From NCBI GenBank assembly GCA_964057225.1, contig OZ059896.1, positions 22,940,001-23,004,000 of the forward strand: a stretch of DNA of 64,000 nucleotides, written 5' to 3'. Source of the stretch: Auanema rhodensis (Eukaryota; Animalia; Nematoda). The notes under the pieces are model-generated. The model saw only the letters and a program-made list of their open reading frames with translations, was not told where the DNA came from and did no database searches. The position numbers were made by a program, and so were the translations under genes. Below are positions 30,001-45,000 of the stretch, piece by piece. Positions within the stretch are counted from its first letter, which is position 1. Every line of letters starts with the position of its first letter.

Positions 30001-33000
30001 CTTGGTATGTAACTCGCTTCACGTGAAAGATAAAGAGATGCGGTTTTCAAAATTAGATTCCCCATGTCCATATTAGTCTAAAAACAAATTTTTATTAATA
30101 TTGGTTCATGGTAACCATGTCTTTGAAATTTACGCGAACTTTAATTTATGCTAATTAAATGTACACGTGATGTGCTCTTGGTATGTAACTCGCTTCACGT
30201 GAAAGATAAAGAGATGCGGTTTTCAAAATTAGATTCCCCATGTCCATATTAGTCTAAAAACAAATTTTTATTGATATTGGTTCATGGTAACCATGACTTT
30301 GAAATTTACGTGAACTTTAATTTATGCTAATGAAATGTACACGTGATGTGCACTTGGTATGTAACTCGCTTCACGTGAAAGATAAAGAGATGCGGTTTTC
30401 GAAATTAGATTCCCCATGTCCATATTAGTCTAAAAACAAATTTTTATTAATATTGGTTCATGGTAACCATGTCTTTGAAATTTACGTGAACTTTAATTTA
30501 TGCTAATTAAATGTACACGTGATGTGCTCTTGGTATGTAACTCGCTTCACGTGAAAGATAAAGAGATGCGGTTTTCAAAATTAGATTCCCCATGTCCATA
30601 TTAGTATAAAAACAAATTTTTATTAATATTGGTTCATGGTAACCATGTCTTTGAAATTTACGTGAACTTTAATTTATGCTAATTAAATGTACACGTGATG
30701 TGCACTTGGTATGTAACTCGCTTCACGTGAAAGATAAAGAGATGCGGTTTTCAAAATTAGATTCCCCATGTCCATATTAGTCTAAAAACAAATTTTTATT
30801 AATATTGGTTCATGGTAACCATGTCTTTGAAATTTACGTGAACTTCAATTTATGCTAATTAAATGTACACGTGATGTGCACTTGGTATGTAACTCGCTTC
30901 ACGTGAAAGATAAAGAGATGCGGTTTTCAAAATTAGATTCCTCATGTCCATATTAGTCTAAAAACAAATTTTTATTAATATTGGTTCATGGTAACCATGT
31001 CTTTGAAATTTACGTGAACTTTAATTTATGCTAATTAAATGTACACGTGATGTGCACTTGGTATGTAACTCGCTTCACGTGAAAGATAAAGAGATGCGGT
31101 TTTCAAAATTAGATTCCCCATGTCCATATTAGTCTAAAAACAAATTTTTATTAATATTGGTTCATGGTAACCATGTCTTTGAAATTTACGTGAACTTTAA
31201 TTTATGCTAATTAAATGTACACGTGATGTGCTCTTGGTATGTAACTCGCTTCACATGAAAGATAAAGAGATGCAGTTCTCAAAATTAGATTCCCCATGTC
31301 CATATTAGTCTAAAAACAAATTTTTATTAATATTGGTTCATGGTAACCATGTCTTTGAAATTTACGTGAACTTTAATTTATGCTAATTAAATGTACACGT
31401 GATGTGCACTTGGTATGTAACTCGCTTCACGTGAAAGATAAAGAGATGCGGTTTTCAAAATTAGATTCCCCATGTCCATGTTAGTCTAAAAACAAATTTT
31501 TATTGATATTGGTTCATGGTAACCATGACTTTGAAATTTACGTGAACTTTAATTTATGCTAATTAAATGTACACGTGATGTGCACTTGGTATGTAACTCG
31601 CTTCACGTGAAAGATAAAGAGATGCGGTTTTCAAAATTAGATTCCCCATTTCCATATTAGTCTAAAAACAAATTTTTATTAATATTGGTTCATGGTAACC
31701 ATGTCTTTGAAATTTACGTGAACTTTAATTTATGCTAATTAAATGTACACGTGATGTGCACTTGGTATGTAACTCGCTTCACGTGAAAGATAAAGAGATG
31801 CGGTTTTCAAAATTAGATTCCCCATGTCCATATTAGTCTAAAAACAAATTTTTATTGATATTGGTTCATGGTAACCATGATTTTGAAATTTACGTGAACT
31901 TTAATTTATGCTAATTAAATGTACACGTGATGTGCACTTGGTATGTAACTCGCTTCACGTGAAAGATAAAGAAATGCGGTTTTCAAAATTAGATTTCCCA
32001 TGTCCATGTTAGTCTAAAAACAAATTTTTATTGATATTGGTTCATGGTAACCATGACTTTGAAATTTACGTGAACTTTAATTTATGCTAATTAAATGTAC
32101 ACGTGATGTGCACTTGGTATGTAACTCGCTTCACGTGAAAGATAAAGAGATGCGGTTTTCAAAATTAGATTCCCCATGTCCATATTAGTCTAAAAACAAA
32201 TTTTTATTAATATTGGTTCATGGTAACCATGTCTTTGAAATTTACGCGAACTTTAATTTATGCTAATTAAATGTACACGTGATGTGCTCTTGGTATGTAA
32301 CTCGCTTCACGTGAAAGATAAAGAGATGCGGTTTTCAAAATTAGATTCCCCATGTCCATATTAGTCTAAAAACAAATTTTTATTGATATTGGTTCATGGT
32401 AACCATGACTTTGAAATTTACGTGAACTTTAATTTATGCTAATTAAATGTACACGTGATGTGCACTTGGTATGTAACTCGCTTCACGTGAAAGATAAAGA
32501 GATGCGGTTTTCGAAATTAGATTCCCCATGTCCATATTAGTCTAAAAACAAATTTTTATTAATATTGGTTCATGGTAACCATGTCTTTGAAATTTACGTG
32601 AACTTTAATTTATGCTAATTAAATGTACACGTGATGTGCACTTGGTATGTAACTCGCTTCACGTGAAAGATAAAGAGATGCGGTTTTCAAAATTAGATTC
32701 CCCATGTCCATATTAGACTAAAAACAAATTTTTATTAATATTGGTTTATGGTAACCATGTCTTTGAAATTTACGCGAACTTTAATTTATGCTAATTAAAT
32801 GTACACGTGATGTGCTCTTGGTATGTAACTCGCTTCACGTGAAAGATAAAGAGATGCGGTTTTCAAAATTAGATTCCCCATGTCCATATTAGTCTAAAAA
32901 CAAATTTTTATTGATATTGGTTCATGGTAACCATGACTTTGAAATTTACGTGAACTTTAATTTATGCTAATTAAATGTACACGTGATGTGCACTTGGTAT

Positions 33001-36000
33001 GTAACTCGCTTCACGTGAAAGATAAAGAGATGCGGTTTTCGAAATTAGATTCCCCATGTCCATATTAGTCTAAAAACAGATTTTTATTAATATTGGTTCA
33101 TGGTAACCATGTCTTTGAAATTTACGTGAACTTTAATTTATGCTAATTAAATGTACACGTGATGTGCACTTGGTATGTAACTCGCTTCACGTGAAAGATA
33201 AAGAGATGCGGTTTTCAAAATTAGATTCCCCATGTCCATATTAGTCTAAAAACAAATTTTTATTAATATTGGTTCATGGTAACCATGTCTTTGAAATTTA
33301 CGCGAACTTTAATTTATGCTAATTAAATGTACACGTGATGTGCTCTTGGTATGTAACTCGCTTCACGTGAAAGATAAAGAGATGCGGTTTTCAAAATTAG
33401 ATTCCCCATGTCCATATTAGTCTAAAAACAAATTTTTATTGATATTGGTTCATGGTAACCATGACTTTGAAATTTACGTGAACTTTAATTTATGCTAATT
33501 AAATGTACACGTGATGTGCACTTGGTATGTAACTCGCTTCACGTGAAAGATAAAGAGATGCGGTTTTCGAAATTAGATTCCCCATGTCCATATTAGTCTA
33601 AAAACAGATTTTTATTAATATTGGTTCATGGTAACCATGTCTTTGAAATTTACGTGAACTTTAATTTATGCTAATTAAATGTACACGTGATGTGCACTTG
33701 GTATGTAACTCGCTTCACGTGAAAGATAAAGAGATGCGGTTTTCAAAATTAGATTTCCCATGTCCATATTAGTCTAAAAACAAATTTTTATTGATATTCG
33801 TTCATGGTAACCATGACTTTGAAATTTACGTGAACTTTAATTTATGCTAATTAAATGTACACGTGATGTGCACTTGGTATGTAACTCGCTTCACGTGAAA
33901 GATAAAGAGATGCGGTTTTCAAAATTAGATTCCCCATGTCCATATTAGTATAAAAACAAATTTTTATTGATATTGGTTCATGGTAACCATGTCTTTGAAA
34001 TTTACGTGAACTTTAATTTATGCTAATTAAATGTACACGTGATGTGCTCTTGGTATGTAACTCGCTTCACGTGAAAGATAAAGAGATGCGGTTTTCAAAA
34101 TTAGATTCCCCATGTCCATATTAGTCTAAAAACAAATTTTTATTAATATTGGTTCATGGTAACCATGTCTTTGAAATTTACGTGAACTTTAATTTATGCT
34201 AATTAAATGTACACGTGATGTGCACTTGGTATGTAACTCGCTTCACGTGAAAGATAAAGAGATGCGGTTTTCAAAATTAGATTCCCCATGTCCATATTAG
34301 TCTAAAAACAAATTTTTATTGATATTGGTTCATGGTAACCATGACTTTGAAATTTACGTGAACTTTAATTTATGCTAATTAAATGTACACGTGATGTGCT
34401 CTTGGTATGTAACTCGCTTCACGTGAAAGATAAAGAGATGCGGTTTTCAAAATTAGATTCCCCATGTCCATATTAGTATAAAAACAAATTTTTATTAATA
34501 TTGGTTCATGGTAACCATGTCTTTGAAATTTACGTGTACTTTAATTTATGCTAATTAAATGTACACGTGATGTGCACTTGGTATGTAACTCGCTTCACGT
34601 GAAAGATAAAGAGATGCGGTTTTCAAAATTAGATTCCCCATGTCCATATTAGTCTAAAAACAAATTTTTATTGATATTGGTTCATGGTAACCATGACTTT
34701 GAAATTTACGTGAACTTTAATTTATGCTAATTAAATGTACACGTGATGTGCACTTGGTATGTAACTCGCTTCACGTGAAAGATAAAGAGATGCGGTTTTC
34801 AAAATTAGATTCCCCATGTCCATATTAGTCTAAAAACAAATTTTTATTGATATTGGTTCATGGTAACCATGACTTTGAAATTTACGTGAACTTTAATTTA
34901 TGCTAATTAAATGTACACGTGATGTGCACTTGGTATGTAACTCGCTTCACGTGAAAGATAAAGAGATGCGGTTTTCAAAATTAGATTCCCCATGTCCATA
35001 TTAGTCTAAAAACAAATTTTTATTAATATTGGTTCATGGTAACCATGTCTTTGAAATTTACGTGAACTTTAATTTATGCTAATTAAATGTACACGTGATG
35101 TGCACTTGGTATGTAACTCGCTTCACGTGAAAGATAAAAAGATGCGGTTTTCAAAATTAGATTCCCCATGTCCATATTAGTATAAAAACAAATTTTTATT
35201 AATATTGGTTCATGGTAACCATGTCTTTGAAATTTACGTGAACTTTAATTTATGCTAATTAAATGTACACTTGATGTGCACTTGGTATGTAACTCGCTTC
35301 ACGTGAAAGATAAAGAGATGCGGTTTTCAAAATTAGATTCCCCATGTCCATATTAGTCTAAAAACAAATTTTTATTGATATTGGTTCATGGTAACCATGA
35401 CTTTGAAATTTACGTGAACTTTAATTTATGCTAATTAAATGTACACGTGATGTGCACTTGGTATGTAACTCGCTTCACGTGAAAGATAAAGAGATGCGGT
35501 TTTCAAAATTAGATTCCCCATGTCCATATTAGTCTAAAAACAAATTTTTATTGATATTGGTTTATGGTAACCATGACTTTGAAATTTACGTGAACTTTAA
35601 TTTATGCTAATTAAATGTACACGTGATGTGCACTTGGTATGTAACTCGCTTCACGTGAAAGATAAAGAGATGCGGTTTTCAAAATTAGATTCCCCATGTC
35701 CATATTAGTCTAAACACAAATTTTTATTAATATTGGTTCATGGTAACCATGTCTTTGAAATTTACGTGAACTTTAATTTATGCTAATTAAATGTACACGT
35801 GATGTGCACTTGGTATGTAACTCGCTTCACGTGAAAGATAAAGAGATGCGGTTTTCAAAATTAGATTCCCCATGTCCATATTAGTCTAAAAACAAATTTT
35901 TATTAATATTGGTTCATGGTAACCATGTCTTTGAAATTTACGTGAAATTTAATTTATGCTAATTAAATGTACACGTGATGTGCACTTGGTATGTAACTCG

Positions 36001-39000
36001 CTTCACGTGAAAGATAAAGAGATGCGGTTTTCAAAATTAGATTCCCCATGTCCATATTAGTCTAAAAACAAATTTTTATTAATATTGGTTCATGGTAACC
36101 ATGTCTTTGAAATTTACGTGAACTTCAATTTATGCTAATTAAATGTACACGTGATGTGCACTTGGTATGTAACTCGCTTCACGTCAAAGATAAAGAGATG
36201 CGGTTTTCAAAATTAGATTCCCCATGTCCATATTAGTCTAAAAACAAATTTTTATTGATATTGGTTCATGGTAACCATGACTTTGAAATTTACGTGAACT
36301 TTAATTTATGCTAATTAAATGTACACGTGATGTGCACTTGGTATGTAACTCGCTTCACGTGAAAGATAAAGAGATGCGGTTTTCAAAATTAGATTCCCCA
36401 TGTCCATATTAGTCTAAAAACAAATTTTTATTAATATTGGTTCATGGTAACCATGTCTTTGAAATTTACGTGAACTTTAATTTATGCTAATTAAATGTAC
36501 ACGTGATGTGCACTTGGTATGTAACTCGCTTCACGTGAAAGATAAAGAGATGCGGTTTTCAAAATTAGATTCCCCATGTCCATATTAGTCTAAAAACAAA
36601 TTTTTATTGATATTGGTTCATGGTAACCATGACTTTGAAATTTACGTGAACTTTAATTTATGCTAATTAAATGTACACGTGATGTGCACTTGGTATGTAA
36701 CTCGCTTCACGTGAAAGATAAAGAGATGCGGTTTTCAAAATTAGATTCCCCATGTCCATATTAGTCTAAAAACAAATTTTTATTGATATTGGTTCATGGT
36801 AACCATGACTTTGAAATTTACGTGAACTTTAATTTAAGCTAATTAAATGTACACGTGATGTGCACTTGGTATGTAACTCGCTTCACGTGAAAGATAAAGA
36901 GATGCGGTTTTCAAAATTAGATTCCCCATGTCCATATTAGTCTAAACACAAATTTTTATTAATATTGGTTCATGGTAACCATGTCTTTGAAATTTACGTG
37001 AACTTTAATTTATGCTAATTAAATGTACACGTGATGTGCACTTGGTATGTAACTCGCTTCACGTGAAAGATAAAGAGATGCGGTTTTCAAAATTAGATTC
37101 CCCATGTCCATATTAGTCTAAAAACAAATTTTTATTAATATTGGTTCATGGTAACCATGTCTTTGAAATTTACGTGAAATTTAATTTATGCTAATTAAAT
37201 GTACACGTGATGTGCACTTGGTATGTAACTCGCTTCACGTGAAAGATAAAGAGATGCGGTTTTCAAAATTAGATTCCCCATGTCCATATTAGTCTAAAAA
37301 CAAATTTTTATTAATATTGGTTCATGGTAACCATGTCTTTGAAATTTACGTGAACTTCAATTTATGCTAATTAAATGTACACGTGATGTGCACTTGGTAT
37401 GTAACTCGCTTCACGTCAAAGATAAAGAGATGCGGTTTTCAAAATTAGATTCCTCATGTCCATATTAGTCTAAAAACAAATTTTTATTAATATTGGTTCA
37501 TGGTAACCATGTCTTTGAAATTTACGTGAACTTTAATTTATGCTAATTAAATGTACACGTGATGTGCACTTGGTATGTAACTCGCTTCACGTGAAAGATA
37601 AAGAGATGCGGTTTTCAAAATTAGTTCCCCATGTCCATATTAGTCTAAAAACAAATTTTTATTGATATTGGTTCATGGTAACCATGACTTTGAAATTTAC
37701 GTGAACTTTAATTTATGCTAATTAAATGTACACGTGATGTGCACTTGGTATGTAACTCGCTTCACGTGAAAGATAAAGAGATGCGGTTTTCAAAATTAGA
37801 TTCCCCATGTCCATATTAGTCTAAAAACAAATTTTTATTGATATTGGTTCATGGTAACCATGACTTTGAAATTTACGTGAACTTTAATTTATGCTAATTA
37901 AATGTACACGTGATGTGCACTTGGTATGTAACTCGCTTCACGTGAAAGATGAAGAGATGCGGTTTTCAAAATTAGATTCCCCATGTCCATATTAGTCTAA
38001 AAACAAATTTTTATTGATATTGGTGCATGGTAACCATGACTTTGAAATTTACGTGAACTTTAATTTATGCTAATTAAATGTACACGTGATGTGCACTTGG
38101 TATGTAACTCGCTTCACGTGAAAGATAAAGAGATGCGGTTTTCAAAATTAGATTCCCCATGTCCATATTAGTCTAAAAACAAATTTTTATTGATATTGGT
38201 GCATGGTAACCATGACTTTGAAATTTACGTGAACTTTAATTTATGCTAATTAAATGTACACGTGATGTGCACTTGGTATGTAACTCGCTTCACGTGAAAG
38301 ATAAAGAGATGCGGTTTTCAAAATTAGATTCCCCATGTCCATATTAGTCTAAAAACAAATTTTTATTGATATTGGTGCATGGTAACCATGACTTTGAAAT
38401 TTACGTGAACTTTAATTTATGCTAATTAAATGTACACGTGATGTGCACTTGGTATGTAACTCGCTTCACGTGAAAGATGAAGAGATGCGGTTTTCAAAAT
38501 TAGATTCCCCATGTCCATATTAGTCTAAAAACAAATTTTTATTAATATTGGTTCATGGTAACCATGTCTTTGAAATTTACGTGAACTTCAATTTATGCTA
38601 ATTAAATGTACACGTGATGTGCACTTGGTATGTAACTCGCTTCACGTCAAAGATAAAGAGATGCGGTTTTCAAAATTAGATTCCTCATGTCCATATTAGT
38701 CTAAAAACAAATTTTTATTAATATTGGTTCATGGTAACCATGTCTTTGAAATTTACGTGAACTTTAATTTATGCTAATTAAATGTACACGTGATGTGCAC
38801 TTGGTATGTAACTCGCTTCACGTGAAAGATAAAGAGATGCGGTTTTCAAAATTAGATTCCACATGTCCATATTAGTCTAAAAACAAATTTTTATTAATAT
38901 TGGTTCATGGTAACCATGTCTTTGAAATTTACGTGAACTTTAATTTATGCTAATTAAATGTACACGTGATGTGCACTTGGTATGTAACTCGCTTCACGTC

Positions 39001-42000
39001 AAAGATAAAGAGATGCGGTTTTCAAAATTAGATTCCTCATGTCCATATTAGTCTAAAAACAAATTTTTATTAATATTGGTTCATGGTAACCATGTCTTTG
39101 AAATTTACGTGAACTTTAATTTATGCTAATTAAATGTACACGTGATGTGCACTTGGTATGTAACTCGCTTCACGTGAAAGATAAAGAGATGCGGTTTTCA
39201 AAATTAGATTCCACATGTCCATATTAGTCTAAAAACAAATTTTTATTAATATTGGTTCATGGTAACCATGTCTTTGAAATTTACGTGAACTTTAATTTAT
39301 GCTAATTAAATGTACACGTGATGTGCTCTTGGTATGTAACTCGCTTCACATGAAAGATAAAGAGATGCAGTTCTCAAAATTAGATTCCCCATGTCCATAT
39401 TAGTCTAAAAACAAATTTTTATTAATATTGGTTCATGGTAACCATGTCTTTGAAATTTACGTGAACTTTAATTTATGCTAATTAAATGTACACGTGATGT
39501 GCACTTGGTATGTAACTCGCTTCACGTGAAAGATAAAGAGATGCGGTTTTCAAAATTAGATTCCCCATGTCCATATTAGTCTAAAAACAAATTTTTATTG
39601 ATATTGGTTCATGGTAACCATGACTTTGAAATTTACGTGAACTTTAATTTATGCTAATTAAATGTACACGTGATGTGCACTTGGTATGTAACTCGCTTCA
39701 CGTGAAAGATAAAGAGATGCGGTTTTCAAAATTAGATTCCCCATGTCCATATTAGTCTAAAAACAAATTTTTATTAATATTGGTTCATGGTAACCATGAT
39801 TTTGAAATTTACGTGAACTTTAATTTATGCTAATTAAATGTACACGTGATGTGCACTTGGTATGTAACTCGCTTCACGTGAAAGATAAAGAAATGCGGTT
39901 TTCAAAATTAGATTCCCCATGTCCATTTTAGTCTAAAAACAAATTTTTATTGATATTGGTTCATGGTAACCATGACTTTGAAATTTACGTGAACTTTAAT
40001 TTATGCTAATTAAATGTACACGTGATGTGCACTTGGTATGTAACTCGCTTCACGTGAAAGATAAAGAGATGCGGTTTTCAAAATTAGATTCCCCATGTCC
40101 ATATTAGTCTAAAAACAAATTTTTATTAATATTGGTTCATGGTAACCATGTCTTTGAAATTTACGCGAACTTTAATTTATGCTAATTAAATGTACACGTG
40201 ATGTGCTCTTGGTATGTAACTCGCTTCACGTGAAAGATAAAGAGATGCGGTTTTCAAAATTAGATTCTCCATGTCCATATTAGTCTAAAAACAAATTTTT
40301 ATTGATATTGGTTCATGGTAACCATGACTTTGAAATTTACGTGAACTTTAATTTATGCTAATTAAATGTACACGTGATGTGCACTTGGTATGTAACTCGC
40401 TTCACGTGAAAGATAAAGAGTTGCGGTTTTTGAAATTAGATTCCCCATGTCCATATTAGTCTAAAAACAAATTTTTATTAATATTGGTTCATGGTAACCA
40501 TGTCTTTGAAATTTACGTGAACTTTAATTTATGCTAATTAAATGTACACGTGATGTGCACTTGGTATGTAACTCGCTTCACGTGAAAGATAAAGAGATGC
40601 GGTTTTCAAAATTAGATTCCCCATGTCCATATTAGTCTAAAAACAAATTTTTATTAATATTGGTTCATGGTAACCATGTCTTTGAAATTTACGCGAACTT
40701 TAATTTATGCTAATTAAATGTACACGTGATGTGCTCTTGGTATGTAACTCGCTTCACGTGAAAGATAAAGAGATGCGGTTTTCAAAATTAGATTCCCCAT
40801 GTCCATATTAGTCTAAAAACAAATTTTTATTGATATTGGTTCATGGTAACCATGACTTTGAAATTTACGTGAACTTTAATTTATGCTAATGAAATGTACA
40901 CGTGATGTGCACTTGGTATGTAACTCGCTTCACGTGAAAGATAAAGAGATGCGGTTTTCGAAATTAGATTCCCCATGTCCATATTAGTCTAAAAACAAAT
41001 TTTTATTAATATTGGTTCATGGTAACCATGTCTTTGAAATTTACGTGAACTTTAATTTATGCTAATTAAATGTACACGTGATGTGCTCTTGGTATGTAAC
41101 TCGCTTCACGTGAAAGATAAAGAGATGCGGTTTTCAAAATTAGATTCCCCATGTCCATATTAGTATAAAAACAAATTTTTATTAATATTGGTTCATGGTA
41201 ACCATGTCTTTGAAATTTACGTGAACTTTAATTTATGCTAATTAAATGTACACGTGATGTGCACTTGGTATGTAACTCGCTTCACGTGAAAGATAAAGAG
41301 ATGCGGTTTTCAAAATTAGATTCCCCATGTCCATATTAGTATAAAAACAAATTTTTATTAATATTGGTTCATGGTAACCATGTCTTTGAAATTTACGTGA
41401 ACTTTAATTTATGCTAATTAAATGTACACGTGATGTGCACTTGGTATGTAACTCGCTTCACGTGAAAGATAAAGAGATGCGGTTTTCAAAATTAGATTCC
41501 TCATGTCCATATTAGTCTAAAAACAAATTTTTATTAATATTGGTTCATGGTAACCATGTCTTTGAAATTTACGTGAACTTTAATTTATGCTAATTAAATG
41601 TACACGTGATGTGCACTTGGTATGTAACTCGCTTCACGTGAAAGATAAAGAGATGCGGTTTTCAAAATTAGATTCCCCATGTCCATATTAGTCTAAAAAC
41701 AAATTTTTATTAATATTGGTTCATGGTAACCATGTCTTTGAAATTTACGTGAACTTTAATTTATGCTAATTAAATGTACACGTGATGTGCTCTTGGTATG
41801 TAACTCGCTTCACATGAAAGATAAAGAGATGCAGTTCTCAAAATTAGATTCCCCATGTCCATATTAGTCTAAAAACAAATTTTTATTAATATTGGTTCAT
41901 GGTAACCATGTCTTTGAAATTTACGTGAACTTTAATTTATGCTAATTAAATGTACACGTGATGTGCACTTGGTATGTAACTCGCTTCACGTGAAAGATAA

Positions 42001-45000
42001 AGAGATGCGGTTTTCAAAATTAGATTCCCCATGTCCATGTTAGTCTAAAAACAAATTTTTATTGATATTGGTTCATGGTAACCATGACTTTGAAATTTAC
42101 GTGAACTTTAATTTATGCTAATTAAATGTACACGTGATGTGCACTTGGTATGTAACTCGCTTCACGTGAAAGATAAAGAGATGCGGTTTTCAAAATTAGA
42201 TTCCCCATTTCCATATTAGTCTAAAAACAAATTTTTATTAATATTGGTTCATGGTAACCATGTCTTTGAAATTTACGTGAACTTTAATTTATGCTAATTA
42301 AATGTACACGTGATGTGCACTTGGTATGTAACTCGCTTCACGTGAAAGATAAAGAGATGCGGTTTTCAAAATTAGATTCCCCATGTCCATATTAGTCTAA
42401 AAACAAATTTTTATTGATATTGGTTCATGGTAACCATGATTTTGAAATTTACGTGAACTTTAATTTATGCTAATTAAATGTACACGTGATGTGCACTTGG
42501 TATGTAACTCGCTTCACGTGAAAGATAAAGAAATGCGGTTTTCAAAATTAGATTTCCCATGTCCATTTTAGTCTAAAAACAAATTTTTATTGATATTGGT
42601 TCATGGTAACCATGACTTTGAAATTTACGTGAACTTTAATTTATGCTAATTAAATGTACACGTGATGTGCACTTGGTATGTAACTCGCTTCACGTGAAAG
42701 ATAAAGAGATGCGGTTTTCAAAATTAGATTCCCCATGTCCATATTAGTCTAAAAACAAATTTTTATTAATATTGGTTCATGGTAACCATGTCTTTGAAAT
42801 TTACGCGAACTTTAATTTATGCTAATTAAATGTACACGTGATGTGCTCTTGGTATGTAACTCGCTTCACGTGAAAGATAAAGAGATGCGGTTTTCAAAAT
42901 TAGATTCCCCATGTCCATATTAGTCTAAAAACAAATTTTTATTAATATTGGTTCATGGTAACCATGTCTTTGAAATTTACGTGAACTTTAATTTATGCTA
43001 ATTAAATGTACACGTGATGTGCACTTGGTATGTAACTCGCTTCACGTGAAAGATAAAGAGATGCGGTTTTCAAAATTAGATTCCCCATGTCCATATTAGA
43101 CTAAAAACAAATTTTTATTAATATTGGTTTATGGTAACCATGTCTTTGAAATTTACGCGAACTTTAATTTATGCTAATTAAATGTACACGTGATGTGCTC
43201 TTGGTATGTAACTCGCTTCACGTGAAAGATAAAGAGATGCGGTTTTCAAAATTAGATTCCCCATGTCCATATTAGTCTAAAAACAAATTTTTATTGATAT
43301 TGGTTCATGGTAACCATGACTTTGAAATTTACGTGAACTTTAATTTATGCTAATTAAATGTACACGTGATGTGCACTTGGTATGTAACTCGCTTCACGTG
43401 AAAGATAAAGAGATGCGGTTTTCGAAATTAGATTCCCCATGTCCATATTAGTCTAAAAACAGATTTTTATTAATATTGGTTCATGGTAACCATGTCTTTG
43501 AAATTTACGTGAACTTTAATTTATGCTAATTAAATGTACACGTGATGTGCACTTGGTATGTAACTCGCTTCACGTGAAAGATAAAGAGATGCGGTTTTCA
43601 AAATTAGATTTCCCATGTCCATATTAGTCTAAAAACAAATTTTTATTGATATTCGTTCATGGTAACCATGACTTTGAAATTTACGTGAACTTTAATTTAT
43701 GCTAATTAAATGTACACGTGATGTGCACTTGGTATGTAACTCGCTTCACGTGAAAGATAAAGAGATGCGGTTTTCAAAATTAGATTCCCCATGTCCATAT
43801 TAGTCTAAAAACAAATTTTTATTGATATTGGTTCATGGTAACCATGACTTTGAAATTTACGTGAACTTTAATTTATGCTAATTAAATGTACACGTGATGT
43901 GCACTTGGTATGTAACTCGCTTCACGTGAAAGATAAAGAGATGCGGTTTTCAAAATTAGATTCCCCATGTCCATATTAGTCTAAAAACAAATTTTTATTA
44001 ATATTGGTTCATGGTAACCATGTCTTTGAAATTTACGTGAACTTTAATTTATGCTAATTAAATGTACACGTGATGTGCACTTGGTATGTAACTCGCTTCA
44101 CGTGAAAGATAAAGAAATGCGGTTTTCAAAATTAGATTCCCCATGTCCATATTAGTCTAAAAACAAATTTTTATTAATATTGGTTCATGGTAACCATGTC
44201 TTTGAAATTTACGTGAACTTTAATTTATGCTAATCAAATGTACACGTGATGTGCACTTGGTATGTAACTCGCTTCACGTGAAAGATAAAGAGATGCGGTT
44301 TTCACAATTAGATTCCCCATGTCCATATTAGTCTAAAAACAAATTTTTATTAATATTGGTTCATGGTAACCATGTCTTTGAAATTTACGTGAACTTTAAT
44401 TTATGCTAATTAAATGTACACGTGATGTGCACTTGGTATGTAACTCGCTTCACGTGAAAGATAAAGAGATGCGGTTTTCAAAATTAGATTCCCCATGTCC
44501 ATATTAGTCTAAAAACAAATTTTTATTAATATTGGTTCATGGTAACCATGTCTTTGAAATTTACGTGAACTTTAATTTATGCTAATTAAATGTACACGTG
44601 ATGTGCACTTGGTATGTAACTCGCTTCACGTGAAAGATAAAGAGATGCGGTTTTCAAAATTAGATTCCCCATGTCCATATTAGTCTAAAAACAAATTTTT
44701 ATTAATATTGGTTCCTGGTAACCATGTCTTTGAAATTTACGTGAACTTTAATTTATGCTAATTAAATGTACACGTGATGTGCACTTGGTATGTAACTCGC
44801 TTCACGTGAAAGATAAAGAGATGCGGTTTTCAAAATTAGATTCCCCATGTCCATATTAGTCTAAAAACAAATTTTTATTAATATTGGTTCATGGTAACCA
44901 TGTCTTTGAAATTTACGTGAACTTTAATTTATGCTAATTAAATGTACACGTGATGTGCACTTGGTATGTAACTCGCTTCACGTGAAAGATAAAGAGATGC

